Position numbers and translations under genes: made by a program. From an uncultured Halieaceae bacterium (GTDB lineage Bacteria; Pseudomonadota; Gammaproteobacteria; Pseudomonadales; Halieaceae), in contig CAXIDF010000002.1 in the NCBI GenBank assembly GCA_964022665.1, positions 207,797 to 271,796 on the forward strand: a stretch of 64,000 nucleotides of DNA, written 5' to 3'. Positions 59,197-64,000 of the stretch are shown piece after piece. The notes beneath the pieces are model-generated. The model did not search any database, was not told the origin of the DNA, and saw only the letters and a program-made list of their open reading frames with translations. Numbering within the stretch: position 1 is the stretch's first letter; each line of letters starts with the position of its first letter.

Positions 59197-60629
59197 GCGC
59201 GCACCTCCGCCAGGTTTCCCAGGGCCAGCAGGTCCTGGGCCAGCCGCGCGATGTTGCCAGCGCCCTGGGTGAGCACAACATCACCGTCGCGAAGCATACC
59301 GCCAAGCACGTGCGCCACTTCCTCAATACTTTCCACAAACACCGGTTCTACCTGCCCGCGCTGGCGGATACTGCGGGTCAGGCTGCGGCTGTCTGCGCCG
59401 GAGATGGGCTCTTCGCCCGCCGGGTAGACGTCCAGCAACAACAACGCATCACAGCGCGAGAGCACCGCAACGAAATCTTCATACAAATCGCGCGTACGCG
59501 AATAACGATGCGGCTGGTAAACCATGACTACGCGACGCTCTGGCCAGGCCTGGCGCGCCGACTCCAGCGTGGCGCGCACTTCAGTGGGGTGATGGCCATA
59601 ATCATCCACCAGCAGCACACTGCCCTGTGCAACCTGCAGGTCACCGAGCACGCTGAAGCGGCGCCCAACGCCGGCAAAGCCTGCCAGACCGCGCTGGATT
59701 GCCGCATCATCCACGCCTTCATCGCAGGCCACGGCGATCGCCGCAGTTGCGTTCTGCACATTGTGCTCGCCGGGCATATTCAGCTGCACTGGCAGCGGCG
59801 GCAAATCACCGGGACGCAACACCGTGAATTCAGTCGTCAGGCCCAGCTTGCGCACGTTGGTAATGCGGTAGTCTGCCGCGTCATCAAAACCATAGGTCAG
59901 GAACTGGCGCGACAGATCCGGCAGCATCCCGGCGACCACCGGGTCGTCGATGCACATGACTGCCAGGCCGTAGAAAGGCAGGTTGTGCAGGAACTCCAGG
60001 AAGGTGCCGCGCAGGGTCGCAAAATCACCGCCATAGGTTTCCATGTGGTCGGCTTCAATATTTGTCACCACGGTGACCATGGGCTGCAGGTGCAGGAACG
60101 AGGCATCGCTTTCGTCGGCCTCTGCCACCAGGAAACGGCTGGCGCCCAGCTGCGCGTTGCTACCCGCGGAGTTCACCAGGCCGCCAATAACGAAGGTCGG
60201 GTCCAGCCCCGCTTCGGCAAACACCGCAGCGATCAGGCTGGTGGTGGTGGTTTTACCGTGCGTGCCCGCCACCGCGATGCCGTGGCGGTAACGCATGAGC
60301 TCCGCGAGCATCTCGGCGCGCGGCACCACCGGTACGCGTGCGCTGCGCGCGGCCACAACTTCCGGGTTGTCCGCACGTACGGCGCTGGAACTGACCACCA
60401 CATCGGGATCGCGCACGTGCTCAGCGGCGTGTCCGATAAACACCTCGATACCCAGCTGCTGCAGCCGCGCGGTCACCGAACTGGGACGCAGGTCAGAGCC
60501 GGACACCTGATACCCCAGGTTAACCAGCACTTCGGCAATCCCGCTCATCCCCGTACCGCCCACACCGATCATGTGGATCCTGCGGATACGACGCATTTCA
60601 GGTACCGCATAGGCGCTGCGTTCAGTCAT
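59193..60629 (-). CDS. murC: UDP-N-acetylmuramate--L-alanine ligase
   Basis: [28 protein letters not shown]-loop. 478 aa. Confidence 0.92.
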   Translation of the reverse strand: MTERSAYAVPEMRRIRRIHMIGVGGTGMSGIAEVLVNLGYQVSGSDLRPSSVTARLQQLGIEVFIGHAAEHVRDPDVVVSSSAVRADNPEVVAARSARVPVVPRAEMLAELMRYRHGIAVAGTHGKTTTTSLIAAVFAEAGLDPTFVIGGLVNSAGSNAQLGASRFLVAEADESDASFLHLQPMVTVVTNIEADHMETYGGDFATLRGTFLEFLHNLPFYGLAVMCIDDPVVAGMLPDLSRQFLTYGFDDAADYRITNVRKLGLTTEFTVLRPGDLPPLPVQLNMPGEHNVQNATAAIAVACDEGVDDAAIQRGLAGFAGVGRRFSVLGDLQVAQGSVLLVDDYGHHPTEVRATLESARQAWPERRVVMVYQPHRYSRTRDLYEDFVAVLSRCDALLLLDVYPAGEEPISGADSRSLTRSIRQRGQVEPVFVESIEEVAHVLGGMLRDGDVVLTQGAGNIARLAQDLLALGNLAEVRA

Positions 60630-61722
60630 GGCGAATCAGCTCCTCACACAGGTCGGCAACTTGCGCCGTCGCGTGCGGCTGCGCAGCGGCCGAGGCCGCT
60701 GCTGCCATCGCCGCGAGACGCCTGGGATTGGTGATGTAGCCAGCCAGCGTGACGGCGACATCCTTGGCGGAAAGCTCTGCCTGGCGCAGCATCAAAGCCG
60801 CGCCGCGATCGGACAGCGCACGCGCGTTGGCGGTCTGGTGGTCGTCGATGGCATGCGGCAGTGGAATCAGCAACGAGGGGCGCCCCATGATCGCCAGTTC
60901 GGCCACGGTCAGTGCCCCGGCACGGCAGATCACCACATCAGCCCAGGCATAAGCTGCCGCCATATCTTCAATAAAGGCGCTGACTTCGACGCGCTCGTCG
61001 AGTTGCACACCGTAATCGGCGCGCAGGGTTTCCACGTGCGCCTGCCCGGACTGGTGCCACACCCGCACGGCGTCGTCACCCAGCCGCTTGCGTACATGCC
61101 GCAACACCTCGGGCATCAAGGTATTCAGCGGCTGCGCACCCAGACTGCCACCCAGCACCAGCACCTGCAGCGGACGCTGCCCGTGGTAATCCCACAGCTG
61201 TTCGTCTGCCGCTTGCAACAACGCCCGACGCACCGGGTTACCCACCACTGCCACCGTGTGCTCACGCGGGAAGGCCGCCGGAAAACCGGCAGCCACCCGG
61301 CTGGCCAGGGGCGCCAGCAGGCGGTTGGTGGTGCCAGCCACAGCATTCTGCTCGTGGATCAGCAGGGGTTTGCGCAACAACCAGGCCGCCAGCCCCGCGG
61401 GCCCCGCCACATAGCCCCCCATGCCCACAACACAGGCCGGCGCAAGCCGCCACACCAGATACACCGCCCGCAGGCAGGACCAGAGCAGCAGAATCGCGCC
61501 GAGTGCCGTTGCCGCGACATTCTTGCCGCGCACACCGCGCACGGGCAGCAGGTGCAACGGATACCCCGCCGCTGGCACAACCCTCGCCTCAAGTCCGCGC
61601 GCCGTGCCCGTCCAGGCGATCCGGTAGCCGCGCTCGCGCAAGGTATCGGCAACGGCGAGCGCCGGATAGACATGCCCTCCGGTACCGCCGGCCATGATCA
61701 ACACGAGAGGTGCCTCACTCAT
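60622..61722 (-). CDS. murG: Undecaprenyldiphospho-muramoylpentapeptide beta-N-acetylglucosaminyltransferase
   Basis: The ATG at 61722 gives [25 protein letters not shown], with an ATGA overlap to ftsW. The track ORF carries an 88-aa spurious extension. Confidence 0.9.
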   Translation of the reverse strand: MSEAPLVLIMAGGTGGHVYPALAVADTLRERGYRIAWTGTARGLEARVVPAAGYPLHLLPVRGVRGKNVAATALGAILLLWSCLRAVYLVWRLAPACVVGMGGYVAGPAGLAAWLLRKPLLIHEQNAVAGTTNRLLAPLASRVAAGFPAAFPREHTVAVVGNPVRRALLQAADEQLWDYHGQRPLQVLVLGGSLGAQPLNTLMPEVLRHVRKRLGDDAVRVWHQSGQAHVETLRADYGVQLDERVEVSAFIEDMAAAYAWADVVICRAGALTVAELAIMGRPSLLIPLPHAIDDHQTANARALSDRGAALMLRQAELSAKDVAVTLAGYITNPRRLAAMAAAASAAAQPHATAQVADLCEELIRHD

Positions 61723-62873
61723 GAGCGACCTCCTTTGCCGGCGGCGAGGGGCGCTGCTGCGGGCAACTCGTTGCCGACGCGCAGAACCAGCGCCAGCATG
61801 CAGCAGCAGATAATGAGGCTGGTGCCGCCATAACTGACAAATGGCAGGGTGAGCCCCTTGGTGGGGAGCAAGCCGGCGCTCATGCCCATGTTCACGAAGG
61901 CCTGACCGGAAAACACCAGAGCCACGCCGTAGCACACATAGGCGCCAAACAACTGCCCCGCGGCCTCCGCCTGTCGCGCAATCCACAGGATGCGGGCAAT
62001 AAGTGCTGTAAACAGCAGAATGACTGCGAGAGCTCCCACGAACCCGGTTTCCTCAGCCCAGATGGAAAACACAAAGTCCGTGTGCGCTTCCGGCAGATAA
62101 AACAGTTTCTGCACACTGTTACCGAGGCCGACACCCAGCCATTCACCGCGCCCGAAGGCGATCAGGGACTGAATGAGCTGAAAACCGCTGCCATACGGGT
62201 CCGCCCAGGGGTCAGTGAACGAGGTCAGGCGCTGCATACGATAGGGCGCGGCAAAGACCAGGGCACCGACCACCACCGGGCTCAGCAGCACAATCGACAG
62301 GAAATGCGTGATTTTCATACCGGCGAGGAACAGCATGCCAAACGATGTCGCCACCACAATCACCGTGGCGCCGAAATCCGGCTCGGCAAGCAGCAGCAAC
62401 GCCACCAGCGCGAGTACACCCATGGGCTTGAAGAAGCCACTCCACTGCTCACGCACCTCACGCGCCTGGCGCACCAGATACCCCGCCATATAGATCACGA
62501 CCGTAAGCTTGGCGAACTCGGAGGGCTGAAAGGTAAACGGGCCCACCGGCAACCAGCGCTGTGCACCCTTCACTTCCTTGCCGATGCCGGGCAGCAGTAC
62601 CAGCACCAGAAACGCCAGCCCGACCAGCAGCCACATCCAGCCTGTTCTCAGCCAGAAACTGGACGGAAAACGGTAGACCACGGCCGCAGCCACGACTGCA
62701 AGCACAATGTAAACGAGGTGGCGTCGGGTCAATTGCCAGGCGTCCTGGTAGTGCCAGTCCGCGTATTCCACCGACGCCGAACCAATCGCCACAAGGCCAA
62801 CCAGCAACAGTGACAGCGCGAGCAGAAACAGGGTCGGATCCAGCGCGAAGGTCACGGGTTGGGCGAGCCTCAT
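61719..62873 (-). CDS. ftsW: Peptidoglycan glycosyltransferase FtsW (SEDS family)
   Basis: 10-TM SEDS protein. LPEAHTDFVF and PFVSYGG motifs. Confidence 0.9.
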   Translation of the reverse strand: MRLAQPVTFALDPTLFLLALSLLLVGLVAIGSASVEYADWHYQDAWQLTRRHLVYIVLAVVAAAVVYRFPSSFWLRTGWMWLLVGLAFLVLVLLPGIGKEVKGAQRWLPVGPFTFQPSEFAKLTVVIYMAGYLVRQAREVREQWSGFFKPMGVLALVALLLLAEPDFGATVIVVATSFGMLFLAGMKITHFLSIVLLSPVVVGALVFAAPYRMQRLTSFTDPWADPYGSGFQLIQSLIAFGRGEWLGVGLGNSVQKLFYLPEAHTDFVFSIWAEETGFVGALAVILLFTALIARILWIARQAEAAGQLFGAYVCYGVALVFSGQAFVNMGMSAGLLPTKGLTLPFVSYGGTSLIICCCMLALVLRVGNELPAAAPLAAGKGGRS

Positions 62874-64000
62874 GCCTCACCTCCCCGGTCCAGACCCTGT
62901 ACTGCGGCCGCAAACGCGTCTCCGCGGGCCGGATAGCCGCTGAACATATCGAAGCTGGCACAGGCGGGTGAAAGCAATACCACATCACCCGCCTCGGCAC
63001 AGTCAGAGGCCAGGCGCACGGCATCGGCCATATCCTGCGCCCGCTGTACCGGCAGCAGATCACCCACGGCGCGCGCGATTTCATCGGCCGCCTCACCGAT
63101 CAGGATCAATGCCTTGGCGGTTGACTGCAGGGCCTGCCGCAGGGGACGGAAGTCCTGGCCCTTGCCCACACCGCCCGCGATCAGCACCACCTGGGCGCCC
63201 TCGCCAAAGCCGCGCAGCGCCGCCGCCGTCGCGCCCACATTGGTCCCCTTGGAGTCATTCACGAAGCGCACCCCGGCGTGTTCTGCCACCAGCTGGCACC
63301 GATGTGGCAGGCCCCCGAAGGAACGCGCTGCCGACAGCATCGCGGGCATGGGCAAACCGGCGGCGTGGCCGAGCGCAAGCGCGGCGAGGACGTTGGCGAC
63401 GTTGTGGCGACCCGGCATACCCAGCTCATTCACCGCCATCAGGGCATCGAAGCCCAGGCACAACATCTCTTGCCCGTCCATGAGGCGCAAACCAAAACCG
63501 TGCAGCTCGGGCTCTTTCATGCGCCAGCTGGAGACTGCCGTCTCCGCGCCAACCAGCGGCAGCGTCAGCGGGTCATCGCGATTGACAACGGCGTGTGCAC
63601 AACCGCGGAAAATACGGTGCTTGGCCTGGTGGTAGTGCTGCAGACTTCCGTGACGATCCAGGTGATCTGCCGACACATTGAGCACCGTGGCCACGGCGAG
63701 CCCAAGGCTGCCCGCGCGCTCCAGCTGGAAGCTCGACAGCTCCAGCACGTAGAGCTCGCGCTCCGCTGCCAGCAGATCCAGGGCCGGCACACCGAGATTA
63801 CCGCCCACGCCCACGTTAAGGCCTGCTTCTGCAGCCATGGCGCCGAGCAGTGCCGTCACGGTGGATTTGGCGTTGGAACCGGTGATGCCCACCACGGGCG
63901 CACTGGCTGCGCGCATGAACAGGTCGATATCGCCACTTACCTGCGCGCCAGCCGCGAGCGCGCGCGCTACCACCGGGTGATCCAGAGCGATGCCGGGGCT
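62870..64000 (-). CDS. murD: UDP-N-acetylmuramoylalanine--D-glutamate ligase, C-terminal approx 377 codons (N-terminus beyond the right edge)
   Basis: ITGSNAKSTV P-loop (reads GxNGKST-like). Mur ligase middle and C-terminal domains. The frame stays open to base 64000. dcw order murD-ftsW-murG-murC-ddl. Confidence 0.85.
   Translation of the reverse strand, partial: SPGIALDHPVVARALAAGAQVSGDIDLFMRAASAPVVGITGSNAKSTVTALLGAMAAEAGLNVGVGGNLGVPALDLLAAERELYVLELSSFQLERAGSLGLAVATVLNVSADHLDRHGSLQHYHQAKHRIFRGCAHAVVNRDDPLTLPLVGAETAVSSWRMKEPELHGFGLRLMDGQEMLCLGFDALMAVNELGMPGRHNVANVLAALALGHAAGLPMPAMLSAARSFGGLPHRCQLVAEHAGVRFVNDSKGTNVGATAAALRGFGEGAQVVLIAGGVGKGQDFRPLRQALQSTAKALILIGEAADEIARAVGDLLPVQRAQDMADAVRLASDCAEAGDVVLLSPACASFDMFSGYPARGDAFAAAVQGLDRGGEA

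Noticed and set aside
61723-61986. 88-aa N-terminal extension of murG in the ORF track. Analogous extensions occur on ftsA (57413..57598), yajQ, ampE, rraA, the fadE-like gene, lysR and sppA.
   Set aside because: Internal ATGs give canonical family N-termini and good RBSs or ATGA coupling to the upstream gene. The extensions overlap upstream genes and are Arg-rich out-of-context sequence.

Overview
High-GC (roughly 60%) gammaproteobacterial chromosomal window with about 60 protein-coding genes. The gene order resembles Pseudomonas and marine Cellvibrionales-type genomes; I cannot assign a species without a search. By eye I found no rRNA, tRNA, CRISPR array, transposase or integrase. Many long ORFs in the supplied track are antisense shadow frames of real genes, as expected at this GC content.

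Gene content, left to right:
- A tightly overlapping five-gene operon: MaoC dehydratase, NUDIX, Tat-exported flavoprotein, cytochrome c and a CitE-like lyase.
- mscS and a two-component RND pump.
- arsC-wrbA-DUF2069-sppA.
- A sat-cysC-sulfotransferase-DUF1214-SDR operon.
- A beta-carbonic anhydrase and a GAF/degenerate-GGDEF protein.
- A TPP-riboswitch-controlled thiamine uptake and salvage operon: TonB receptor, YkoF-like binder, PnuC/PnuT and a ThiK-like kinase.
- yajQ and panE.
- A coupled Hanks Ser/Thr kinase plus FHA-like sigma-54 activator.
- ampD-ampE and nadC.
- rraA, fadE-like, lysR, glcB and ald.
- A GT2 plus two TMTC/PMT-like GT-C/TPR membrane proteins, directly downstream of pilA.
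- pilBCD-coaE.
- mutT, argJ, secA, an M23 peptidase, lpxC and the distal dcw cluster (ftsZ, ftsA, ftsQ, ddl, murC, murG, ftsW, murD partial).

Most worth following up:
1. The pilin-adjacent GT2 + 2x GT-C/TPR module, a candidate periplasmic pilin or protein O-glycosylation system.
2. The PAPS-supply and sulfotransferase operon, which has no obvious substrate.
3. The kinase/FHA-bEBP pair next to ampDE.

None of these can be called novel without database searches, which I cannot run. All family assignments rest on motifs I can read in the translations.
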